NCBI GenBank assembly: GCA_964544585.1
Contig: CAZJBV010000002.1
Span: forward strand, 67,468-131,467
Reading direction: 5' to 3'
Length of the DNA stretch: 64,000 nt
From: an uncultured Gammaproteobacteria bacterium
GTDB lineage: Bacteria > Patescibacteriota > Microgenomatia > 2-02-FULL-39-11
The position numbers and the translations under genes are program-made. Numbering within the stretch: position 1 is the first letter of the stretch; each line of letters begins with the position of its first letter. Of the stretch, positions 31,437-40,469 are shown in pieces. The notes under the pieces are model-generated. The model saw only the letters and a program-made list of their open reading frames with translations, ran no database searches and had not been told where the DNA came from.

Positions 31437-32789
31437 ATGAAAAGATTATTATTATTACTCATCTTAATATTAAATTTTTTTCTTTTTCGCAATTCCTTTC
31501 AGACTTACTTCTTCCAAGATGATTTTTTTATGTTGTCAGAAACAAATACAAATAATCTTCAGGATGTCATTTCTTTTTTTGTCCCACGGTCAGATGTCCA
31601 ATTTTATCGACCACTTTCACACGAACTCTTTTATTTTTCAGCAAGATTCCTCTTCGGTTGGAATCCAATACTTTTTCATTTAGCTATTTACACGGTCTTT
31701 ATAGGAGTAATCTTTCTATTCTATAAATTAAGCAGATACTTCCTCACTGCTGAGTCAATCAGGCTCTTTGCCACTTTTCTTTTTGCTACTTCGGCCATCC
31801 ATTACAATAGTCTCAACTGGGTTGTAAATTTCTCCTATATCCTCGTTGCCTTTTTCTATTTTCTGGGATTTTTATTGTTTCTTAAAAAAGCGCCAGCTTT
31901 TCAAGTAGTTCTAATTTATATAGCCGGTCTACTTTCAAATGAGTTTATGATCACATTTCCAGTTGTCTTGGCAATATATACTCTTCTATTTAAACCGAAA
32001 ATTAAACAAACAAAATCACTTTTTATAACCCTTGTAATTATAACGGCTCTATATTTATTTTTTCGCTTTTTCCTCTTTTCTCCACAAATAGGCAGTTACA
32101 AATATTCTTTCGGAAAAGAAATCCTCTCATCTTATCGGTTCTTTTTCCTCTTCTTTCTTAATTTCCCCGAAACCATCAAAGACCAAATGCTCTCATTAGT
32201 CAAAATCAAGAATGAATTTATTCAATCTTTTAAATGGGAAATAATTATATTTTTTACCAATGCTATAGTAATTATTTTTCTTTTCATTATTTCTATAATT
32301 AAAGCCCAAAGAAAATTGATAAAGACACATCTTTTTCTGTTTTCCTGGTTTATCTTTACACTTCTACCTATCGTCGGTATACCGCATCATACTTCCCCAC
32401 ACCAAGGGACTATCGCTTTTGCCGGTTTTCTCATTTTTATCTTATTACCTCTTGATTCAATTTGGCCTAAATATTATAAAATTGGCGCCATAACTATATT
32501 TATATCTGGAATAATATGGGTCTATTCTTCCTTTTTAAATATTGATCTCAATGATCGAATCCACTGGATAAAAAGAAGAAGCGATATCGTCAAAGACTGG
32601 ATTTCCAAGATAGACAAAGAAAGAAATGCCATAACTGACAATTCAATTTTGATAATAGGCGACTACGACAAAGAAACTAAAGTAGCCTTAAAAAATGGGG
32701 AAGGTATAAGAGAGTATGTTCAATTACCTAATATTAAGGTAGAATTTTCTTCTAACCCTGTATATAAAGGAAAATTAATTGTAAAATGA
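31437..32789 (+). CDS. GT-C-like membrane glycosyltransferase, paralog of the preceding gene
   Basis: FFQDDF, FYRPL, GLLSNE motifs; multi-TM. Confidence 0.68.
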   Translation: MKRLLLLLILILNFFLFRNSFQTYFFQDDFFMLSETNTNNLQDVISFFVPRSDVQFYRPLSHELFYFSARFLFGWNPILFHLAIYTVFIGVIFLFYKLSRYFLTAESIRLFATFLFATSAIHYNSLNWVVNFSYILVAFFYFLGFLLFLKKAPAFQVVLIYIAGLLSNEFMITFPVVLAIYTLLFKPKIKQTKSLFITLVIITALYLFFRFFLFSPQIGSYKYSFGKEILSSYRFFFLFFLNFPETIKDQMLSLVKIKNEFIQSFKWEIIIFFTNAIVIIFLFIISIIKAQRKLIKTHLFLFSWFIFTLLPIVGIPHHTSPHQGTIAFAGFLIFILLPLDSIWPKYYKIGAITIFISGIIWVYSSFLNIDLNDRIHWIKRRSDIVKDWISKIDKERNAITDNSILIIGDYDKETKVALKNGEGIREYVQLPNIKVEFSSNPVYKGKLIVK

Positions 32790-33508
32790 AGATTTCAATC
32801 ATCATTCCCGTTTATAATGAAGTAAAGACAATTATCCCAGTCTTAAAAAAAGTTATTGATGTTAGCCTTCCTTATTCTACCAAGAAGGAAATTATCATAG
32901 TCGATGATGGATCAACAGACGGTACCGCAGAAAAAATAAGAAATTACGGACAAAAAAATGCTTCCCTAAAAATCATTTTCCATAATAAAAATTTGGGAAA
33001 AGGAAGAGCAATAAAGACTGGCTTAAACAAAAGTACCGGTGACTATATTCTGATTCAAGATGCAGATTTAGAATATAATCCTGAGGAAATACCTCTTCTC
33101 ATCGAAACACTAATTAGGACGAAAAAAAAGAAAAACTATAATATAGCAGTATACGGATCTCGATTTATAAACAAGAACTTTCACATACCTTTTATTTACT
33201 TCTGGGGAAATAAATTCTTAACAATATTGATAAATTTACTCTACGGCGTAAATCTCACAGATATGGAAACTGGATATAAGTTGTTACCACTTCCTATTTT
33301 GAAAAATACGAATATTTCTTCTGCGCACTTCGATTTCGAACCAGAAGTAACCGCCAAATTAGTAAAAAGCAGAGTAAAAATTATCGAAGTACCAATTTCT
33401 TATAAAGGGCGATCACATTTTGCCGGAAAGAAGTTAACTCCCGCTGATGCATTCGAGGCAATCAAAGCTATTATTCGCTACCGTTTTTTTGACCATTCAT
33501 ATAAGTAA
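32786..33508 (+). CDS. GT2 polyprenol-phosphate sugar synthase (DPM1-like)
   Basis: IIPVYNE, VDDGSTD, QDADLEY, YGSRF, TDMETGYK, FEPEVT motifs. Confidence 0.9.
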   Translation: MKISIIIPVYNEVKTIIPVLKKVIDVSLPYSTKKEIIIVDDGSTDGTAEKIRNYGQKNASLKIIFHNKNLGKGRAIKTGLNKSTGDYILIQDADLEYNPEEIPLLIETLIRTKKKKNYNIAVYGSRFINKNFHIPFIYFWGNKFLTILINLLYGVNLTDMETGYKLLPLPILKNTNISSAHFDFEPEVTAKLVKSRVKIIEVPISYKGRSHFAGKKLTPADAFEAIKAIIRYRFFDHSYK

Positions 33509-34994
33509 ACCAGTATGGTTTGCCTTTATTTGAATAATAACTTATGTCAGATAAAAGCGGGAAAGACTGGTTGAAATATTCATTCAGGACAATTCGAAAA
33601 GTGTTGACTGGACTAACAGTCTGGTACAATAAATCCTCTTCTATCCCGGGTAAATAATAAGCATTTAAAATTTGCATCTTCTCCAATCTTTCTTTGTCTG
33701 TTGCCGTAGACCAATCGAACTTTTGTGTACTCTTTTCATACCGTATTGGATACGGACCTTCATCTGCTTGAATGATAATAATTGGCTGGTACCCCGATGT
33801 TTCCGCAAGAATAACATCAATAATTTTTAATATTTGATCATTTGTATACTTTAATTGATTTATATAATTAATCTTTTCATTCCTGAATTCTATCTCCTTT
33901 TCTGGCAAATAATTTCCATCCGCATCAAACACATATGGCGGATGGGGAAGAAGAAAATGCCCAAATACAAAGTTCGGATTAGCATCTTCCGGAATTAATC
34001 TCAATTCATTAAACTGATATACGATCCGCTTCCAATTATTAAATCTATTATTAAAAATGGGTATTTCCAGCCGACTTGCAATTGGAAAAAGAATTGATCG
34101 ATTAAATATTGATTCAGAAAACTCAGACAGAGAAAGTATATTGATATTCCGATCAGCATAGCGATTGAGAGACGTCGGAGCCCACCACGATCCAAGATGG
34201 ATATATGAATAACCTTGAGTCTTTAAAAACCTCACCACAGAATTATTTTCCATATATTCATGTAATGGTTGGAGAGATCCGGACTCGCTGCCTATTTTTT
34301 GAATTAAGTCATCAAGATATACAAGGTTTAACGACGAAGAAAGTGACAGTTCGGTAGATATATAATTGGCTCGGCTTTGATTTGCTACATAAAAACCCCT
34401 TTTCTTAAGCTCATCCAAAAATGGAAAATTGTCATAATTATAAACTTCTTCCAGAGTATCTACCCCAGCATACCGATCAAAAATAAGATAATATATATCT
34501 GGTTTGGAAGATTTAACCACATCTTTAAAATCATGTGTTACCCTATAATCAATACCTGTTTGGCTTAAATAAGATATCTGAAATTTGACAATATCTGTTA
34601 TTGGAAAAATTATAAGAGCAATGGCTATTACATTTACAATAGGCACTATATTCACCAAATTGTTCTTGCTTTTTTTAAGTACATAACCCAAAATTATGCC
34701 AATAAAAATAAAAATAAACAAAAAAAAGTCATTAGTTTCCAAAAAATCAATTATATTCTTATAACTCAGTCCAAAATAAATTATATAAGAAGTAAGAAAT
34801 GAGGCCTTAATCAAATTCTTAAACAATCTATTTAAAAGAAAAAATGTTAAGCCACAAATTAACAAAATCACTAGAATCGGGACGAGAAGCACTGTATATT
34901 GTAACGCCTTTATGTTTCCGGAAAATGTATAAAGTACCGGATAAATACTAAAAATAAACGGATGAATTAGAGGAGAATAAAAAATCTGCTTCAT
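33471..34994 (-). CDS. Membrane-anchored sulfatase/alkaline-phosphatase superfamily protein (LTA-synthase/NoeB-like)
   Basis: N-terminal TM segments, then YYLIFDRY, NYISTELSLSS, HFLLPHPPY, IQADEG motifs. Confidence 0.72.
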   Translation of the reverse strand: MKQIFYSPLIHPFIFSIYPVLYTFSGNIKALQYTVLLVPILVILLICGLTFFLLNRLFKNLIKASFLTSYIIYFGLSYKNIIDFLETNDFFLFIFIFIGIILGYVLKKSKNNLVNIVPIVNVIAIALIIFPITDIVKFQISYLSQTGIDYRVTHDFKDVVKSSKPDIYYLIFDRYAGVDTLEEVYNYDNFPFLDELKKRGFYVANQSRANYISTELSLSSSLNLVYLDDLIQKIGSESGSLQPLHEYMENNSVVRFLKTQGYSYIHLGSWWAPTSLNRYADRNINILSLSEFSESIFNRSILFPIASRLEIPIFNNRFNNWKRIVYQFNELRLIPEDANPNFVFGHFLLPHPPYVFDADGNYLPEKEIEFRNEKINYINQLKYTNDQILKIIDVILAETSGYQPIIIIQADEGPYPIRYEKSTQKFDWSTATDKERLEKMQILNAYYLPGIEEDLLYQTVSPVNTFRIVLNEYFNQSFPLLSDISYYSNKGKPYWFTYMNGQKNGSE

Positions 34995-36394
34995 TTTCTC
35001 TGCATAAGATAAAGAGTACGTTTACTGTCTGGAATAAATTCTTTGTTAAGTATTTTGAAATTCTTTTCAAATTCATTTTCGAAAAATTCTTCACTATACT
35101 TGGTAAAAATGTCTTCTCGACTAGATAAGATTCTCTGAGTTTGAGAGTCTGATTTAGGTACAAACTCAATAATTAAATAATTTGCAATTGACTGAAAATA
35201 AGAGGCAATTAGATCAAAAGGAATATTATGTCCTATCGCTAAATGATGTATCAAAGCCAAGGCCATAATGCAGTCCACCGGCCCTCTCTCAAACAAACTT
35301 TCTCTTTCCTCACTAGCCCATCCAATTCCCGGCGATGGATTGGTAAAATCAACTCTTAAAGGAAGGATATTTTCTAAATTTTGATCTCTTACTTTCCTGT
35401 ATAATCTTTCCACTGCTCCATAATCAAAATCCATCGCCACTGTGTCTATACCATTTTTGGCGCTTATATTACTAAATTCACCCGTATTCGCTCCCAGATC
35501 CCATACAGATTTTGCCCCCGTTTTCCCTAAAAAGGAAGCTACAATTTTTCGCTTTCCCTCCATAGCCGTCGGAGTATAATTTGTTTCCTGATAATAATTA
35601 CTCCAGACTGTCTTTTTTTCCGGCAGTCGAAGATTTCTTATTGCCGACTCCAGACTATCTATAATCCCCAAAAGCCCATGTTTAGAAAGCTTGGCCGATT
35701 TTTCTTCTATGTATTTTCTGGGTGAAATTTTTTGTGACCGCGCATGAAAATAAATATGCAAAAGAAGCGGCATCGACAGCCTTGCTTTCAGAGGTAAAAG
35801 TTTAACTGCCAAGTCGAGTGGTATTCCCTCCAAAAAGACCCGGAGGTAAGACAGCAATCTATCATCTAAATAAGCTGCCAGGCAAAGGGGAGCCAGAAAC
35901 ATTTCACAAAATTGTCTATAGGCAATCCAAGGTTTACCTTCTTCATATTTTTCAAATGATAAAGTATCAATCAGTATTGGATCACCTTTATAAAACTGGA
36001 TGTTATAAGGCGTCGCATCCTTTAAGATCATATCGTGAATCAAGGCTTTTTTTTGGATAGATAGAGTCAATATAGCCGCATCTTTTAACTGTGAGAAACA
36101 CCACTCATATGGATACGAAACAAAAGACAGCTGCACTGGTTCAATCACTTTGTATATTTCAAAGCTGAATTTTTCCTTAAAAATGGGAGTCACGTCGCGA
36201 TGAGAAATTAACATCCCATTTTTTGTTAAATCATCATATAAACCAGAAGAAAATACTGTATCAAAATGATGCTTATAGATTGGAGAAATAGTCCTATATA
36301 TCTTCCCATTATCGCGAAAAAGAAATCCGCTTGGATCTCTAAAAGACGAGGAAATAGGGGAAAGCTTATTTCCTAAAGATTTTCCTAATCGCAT
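34991..36394 (-). CDS. NoeA-like SAM-dependent methyltransferase
   Basis: SFRDPSG, SYPYEW, LKDATPYN, IDTLSF, WDLGANTG, LALIHHL motifs. ATG at 36394 preferred. Confidence 0.78.
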   Translation of the reverse strand: MRLGKSLGNKLSPISSSFRDPSGFLFRDNGKIYRTISPIYKHHFDTVFSSGLYDDLTKNGMLISHRDVTPIFKEKFSFEIYKVIEPVQLSFVSYPYEWCFSQLKDAAILTLSIQKKALIHDMILKDATPYNIQFYKGDPILIDTLSFEKYEEGKPWIAYRQFCEMFLAPLCLAAYLDDRLLSYLRVFLEGIPLDLAVKLLPLKARLSMPLLLHIYFHARSQKISPRKYIEEKSAKLSKHGLLGIIDSLESAIRNLRLPEKKTVWSNYYQETNYTPTAMEGKRKIVASFLGKTGAKSVWDLGANTGEFSNISAKNGIDTVAMDFDYGAVERLYRKVRDQNLENILPLRVDFTNPSPGIGWASEERESLFERGPVDCIMALALIHHLAIGHNIPFDLIASYFQSIANYLIIEFVPKSDSQTQRILSSREDIFTKYSEEFFENEFEKNFKILNKEFIPDSKRTLYLMQRK

Positions 36395-36554
36395 TTGAAA
36401 TTTGTTTCCAAAACATTTTAACTCCGACACTAATTCCCAAAAAACCAGCAATCAAAATCTGGAAAATATAACTACCACTCCCCGGATCTATATAAGCATG
36501 AGATGGAGTCGGAAACAGGAGCGCCACTATAATCAAAATAAAAGCAAGCCTCAT
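36366..36554 (-). CDS. Small membrane protein with a YIDPGSGS motif
   Basis: Signal-peptide-like N-terminus ending SHA, then YIDPGSGS, a TM helix and a basic tail; co-oriented between neighbouring genes. Confidence 0.75.
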   Translation of the reverse strand: MRLAFILIIVALLFPTPSHAYIDPGSGSYIFQILIAGFLGISVGVKMFWKQISNAIRKIFRK

Positions 36555-36580
36555 ACAAAATAAAAGACCACTTTATAATA

Positions 36581-38143
36581 TCATGGGAAAATATAAACTT
36601 CAATTGCGCCAAAAGTCTTTTTCTGCTGTTTTTTAAGCGTGTTTCTGAATTCTTCATATCTCCTTGGTTGAATACCTACGATTTCCGGTGTAAGAATAGT
36701 AATTGTTTTAACTTGTTTCTCCCTTGAGTTAACATTGTAGTACTCTAAAAGATACTGGTCCATATAGCTTTTAACTGGCTCTTTCCCAAAATAAGTAAAA
36801 AGATAGCGATATCCTCCCGAATACCAGCATGTTTGAAATGAGGCAAGATCAAAATTTTCTTTTCCGACAGTCTTTAGAGCATATTTTACGGCTTCTTCTT
36901 TATAAGAAAGACCATAGGAATTAACTGTCCCCAAAAGTTCGCTCGTATTTAAATATGAAAAAAGTATTAATAGGAAAACAATCCCGTATCGAAAAAGTGG
37001 TTTCTTTAAAGTCGAAATAATTGTTGCCAATACAATAAAAAAATAAGCAAACAAAAATAAATAATAATACTCAGCCATTTCACCTTGTAATACATATGTG
37101 TAGATAACGGACCCGACAGTTACAATTACAAAGAAAATAAAAATAGTTTTTTGTATGAAAAGAGAATTTGAATTATCAGGCCATTTTCTCAAAACTTTAT
37201 ACCCAAAAAATATTAGACTCATAACGACAAAAATACTCAAAATAAACGGAACTCTTTCCTGTTTAAATTTCAAATATTGTGGGCAATTAGCATATTCTAT
37301 AGCCACATTTTTTGATCGGCTCGGTAAAAGTGTTCGGGCTAGGGTACTCGATAGCAGATTATGTGTTAAATAAACTTCCCGTATCCCCGTAAGTGGAACA
37401 TTTTCTTTTATTCTTTCTGGCCCAGAAGAGATAAAATAATTTACTAGATATTTTGAATTAATAAAATTATGTCTCAAATCAAAAATTAAAAGGCTGGACT
37501 GACTTACTAAAAAAATCAAAACGCCTATCACGATATATTTTTTTGGGATAGTTACTTTAAAGAGTAGAATTACTAAAATTGAAAAGGGAATAAAAAGTAT
37601 AATAGCCACCTCAAATTGAGAACAGGCAATAAGAGTCGCTACCAAAACCCAAAAGTATTTTTTTCGCCCTTCTTTAAGTTTGAGAAGACTGTAAAGGACA
37701 AGTAGTGCCAGAAAAGAATGAAAACTTACCTGCCAACCGCGTCTGTCATAAAGAATTGTCAAATACGAAAATACATATAAAAATAGAGCAACAAATCCTG
37801 CTTTTTTTGAAATATATGAACCGATCTTAAATATTAAAATCATCGACGCCACACTTGTCACCACACTCACATACCCCCAAACGACAGGATGAGGACCAAA
37901 TAAAAAATAAAAAGGAGCAATCAAATAATAGAGAAGTGGTCCCAGCCGAAAACCTATTGAAGAGGGATGTCCGACGGTTGGAAAATGTGCAGCATCTGCG
38001 ATACCCTTTATAATATATGCTGCCTTTTCTTCATCAATTGCAAAGTAGAAGAGGTTATGGTAATTCCATAATCGAAGGAAGAGTCCAATGAATATAAGAA
38101 GAATCACTAACCAAAAACTTCGTCTACTGAACAATCTTTTCAT
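36581..38143 (-). CDS. GT-C (ArnT/PMT-like) membrane glycosyltransferase, paralog of 25437-26894
   Basis: FLRL...FAIDEE, GPLLYY, GYRYLF...GK.P..SYMD motifs shared with the 25437 gene. Confidence 0.72.
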   Translation of the reverse strand: MKRLFSRRSFWLVILLIFIGLFLRLWNYHNLFYFAIDEEKAAYIIKGIADAAHFPTVGHPSSIGFRLGPLLYYLIAPFYFLFGPHPVVWGYVSVVTSVASMILIFKIGSYISKKAGFVALFLYVFSYLTILYDRRGWQVSFHSFLALLVLYSLLKLKEGRKKYFWVLVATLIACSQFEVAIILFIPFSILVILLFKVTIPKKYIVIGVLIFLVSQSSLLIFDLRHNFINSKYLVNYFISSGPERIKENVPLTGIREVYLTHNLLSSTLARTLLPSRSKNVAIEYANCPQYLKFKQERVPFILSIFVVMSLIFFGYKVLRKWPDNSNSLFIQKTIFIFFVIVTVGSVIYTYVLQGEMAEYYYLFLFAYFFIVLATIISTLKKPLFRYGIVFLLILFSYLNTSELLGTVNSYGLSYKEEAVKYALKTVGKENFDLASFQTCWYSGGYRYLFTYFGKEPVKSYMDQYLLEYYNVNSREKQVKTITILTPEIVGIQPRRYEEFRNTLKKQQKKTFGAIEVYIFP

Positions 38144-39605
38144 AAAAGATATCCCAATTATACTTCTTTTTCTGACAATTGTTGCCTCTCTTTACGCCTT
38201 CATGTCAGTCCATATCCACAACAAATTCATGACCTTTGCTCTGGATCTGGGGACATTTGACGAGTCAATTTGGAAAATAAGCGCCTTTCGTTTTCCTTAT
38301 AGCAGTTCTGGTTGTAACTGGCTGATTGAGGATCATTTCCAACTCATCTTTTATCTTCTTGCCCCTCTTTTCTGGATCTGGGACAATGTCAGAATTCTTC
38401 TTATAGCTCAGAGCTTTGCCATGGTCGCGGCCAGCTTTCCCCTTTATATACTCTCTAAAAAAATTACTGGCAATAAAATTTTTTCTTTTGGGATAGTCTT
38501 TTCCTATCTTTTTTTTATCGGCACCCAGTTTGCCATCCTCAACGAATTTCACCAGATAACTTTTGCTCCCGTATTTATTGCTACGCTCTTTTTAGCTCTC
38601 GAAAACAAAAACTGGAAATGGTATCTCTATTCACTATTCTTTCTTTTTATTATCAAAGAGGATGTCTCTTTACTCATTGGCGGCATCGGGCTCGGACTGC
38701 TATTTCGTAAGGGATATAGAAAACTTGGCCTAGCAACCGCAATTATCGGTATCAGTTTTTTCTTCTTTCTTGTTTATATCTTTATGCCTTTTATAGCAAT
38801 AAAAGGAGTCTATGGGCATTTTCATTTTGGTGCTGCAGGAAAAAATCCCGAAGAAGTTATCAAAAATATTATCATCAGGCCTGATTTCTTTTTAAAATCA
38901 ATGATTTATCCCGACGCAAAAATAAGGACTTGGTTTATCTCCTTTTTTACATACGGATTTCAGCCAATATTTGCACCGGTTTTCATACTAATTCCTCTCC
39001 TTGAGGATTTCGCAACTCGATTTATATATGCAGGTCCCCAATATACAAAATGGGGACTAGTCAACCATCACGCCGCAACATCCGCCATTTTGCTTGCCAT
39101 AACTTCAATCTATGCAGTAAAAAAAATAACCACCAGATTTAGTCTCATTGGAGTAATTCTTATTACCACAACTATAGTCTCAGACATTGTTTTTCACGGA
39201 CCAATCAACTCACTATTAAAAACTCAATTTTATCAAAAAGAGCAATGGATGTTGGATAACGAGGAAGTTTTAAAAAGAATACCAAAAGATCCAAATATAT
39301 CTGTTACTGCTCAAAACAATCTTGTTCCTCATATTACTCACAGAGAAAGTGCATATAGAATTCCCTATGGATTGAATAGTCAATATATGTTTTTCGATCT
39401 TCACGATGGCCCGAATAAATATTCTCCTTTAAATCACAAACAAACGACTGAATTCGTAGATGAACTCCTAAAAACTAAGCGCTATTGGCTCGTCTACCAA
39501 AAAGGCAAAGCCATGCTTCTAAAGAGAAACTACAAAACAGACATCACCAAAAGCCCATACTACAACGACACTCGCTATTGCTATTATTCGTACGAAGAAA
39601 GATGA
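38088..39605 (+). CDS. DUF2079-like GT-C membrane protein (start uncertain)
   Basis: DLGTFDE, DHF, EFH, IKED motifs; multi-TM. Confidence 0.75.
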   Translation: MNIRRITNQKLRLLNNLFIKDIPIILLFLTIVASLYAFMSVHIHNKFMTFALDLGTFDESIWKISAFRFPYSSSGCNWLIEDHFQLIFYLLAPLFWIWDNVRILLIAQSFAMVAASFPLYILSKKITGNKIFSFGIVFSYLFFIGTQFAILNEFHQITFAPVFIATLFLALENKNWKWYLYSLFFLFIIKEDVSLLIGGIGLGLLFRKGYRKLGLATAIIGISFFFFLVYIFMPFIAIKGVYGHFHFGAAGKNPEEVIKNIIIRPDFFLKSMIYPDAKIRTWFISFFTYGFQPIFAPVFILIPLLEDFATRFIYAGPQYTKWGLVNHHAATSAILLAITSIYAVKKITTRFSLIGVILITTTIVSDIVFHGPINSLLKTQFYQKEQWMLDNEEVLKRIPKDPNISVTAQNNLVPHITHRESAYRIPYGLNSQYMFFDLHDGPNKYSPLNHKQTTEFVDELLKTKRYWLVYQKGKAMLLKRNYKTDITKSPYYNDTRYCYYSYEER

Positions 39606-39626
39606 ATGTATAGTACAATGGCTTCA

Positions 39627-40469
39627 ATGATCTCTATTATTATTCCTGTCTATAATGAAGAAAAAAACATCATAGACTGCCTCAATTCTCTGTCTAGACA
39701 GTCATATCAAGATTTTGAAATAATCGTCGTTGACGACGGTTCATCCGATAAAACACAGGAAGTGTTATCAAACTACAAACTACCAACTACCAACTATCAA
39801 CTACTCAAACAGCCCCATCTCGGTCCAGGCAAAGCGCGCAATCTTGGTGTTTCGAAGGCAAAAGGCGATATTTTAGTCTTTGTCGATGCTGATATGACCT
39901 TCGACAAGGATTTTATCAAAAACTTGATTGCACCAATTGAAAAGGGGCAAACAAAAGGTACATTTACCCGCCTTGAATATGTTTCAAATTGGGCCAATCC
40001 CGTGGCTCGAGCATGGAATTATAATCAAGGGAGAAGTGACCGGCAAAGAGTAGCCTTAAATGATCCATTCGAGGGTTCAGTATTTAGAGCCATTCTCAAA
40101 AGTGAGTTTGATAGTGTGGGCGGCTTCGAACAAAAAATAGGCTACACCGACGACTGGTCTCTTTCCCGAAAATTACGGTATAGAGCTACATCTGCCCCAA
40201 ACGCAATTTGTTATCATAAAAACCCCGAAACGCTTAAAGAAGTATTTCTCCAAGCAAGATGGATAGGAAAAAATGAGTTTATCACCGGTTCTTTTCTAAG
40301 AAAACTGTTCAACCTATTTCGTTATAATCCCATAATCCAAATTCCCAGAAGCATTCTCTATACTCTCAAATATAAGGAATTATCAATCATACCAGTCTAT
40401 TGGGTTTATTCTCTAGCCATACAAACTAGCATATTGGGATCCTTTGTAAGGGAAAACAAATATAAATGA
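39627..40469 (+). CDS. GT2 glycosyltransferase
   Basis: SIIIPVYNEE, VVDDGSSD, ARNLG, FVDAD motifs. ATG at 39627 preferred; 39606 and 39618 are possible. Confidence 0.88.
   Translation: MISIIIPVYNEEKNIIDCLNSLSRQSYQDFEIIVVDDGSSDKTQEVLSNYKLPTTNYQLLKQPHLGPGKARNLGVSKAKGDILVFVDADMTFDKDFIKNLIAPIEKGQTKGTFTRLEYVSNWANPVARAWNYNQGRSDRQRVALNDPFEGSVFRAILKSEFDSVGGFEQKIGYTDDWSLSRKLRYRATSAPNAICYHKNPETLKEVFLQARWIGKNEFITGSFLRKLFNLFRYNPIIQIPRSILYTLKYKELSIIPVYWVYSLAIQTSILGSFVRENKYK
39771..39805 (+). repeat. Heptamer tandem array (AACTAYN)x5 inside the GT2 CDS
   Basis: AACTACA AACTACC AACTACC AACTATC AACTACT. Confidence 0.85.
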
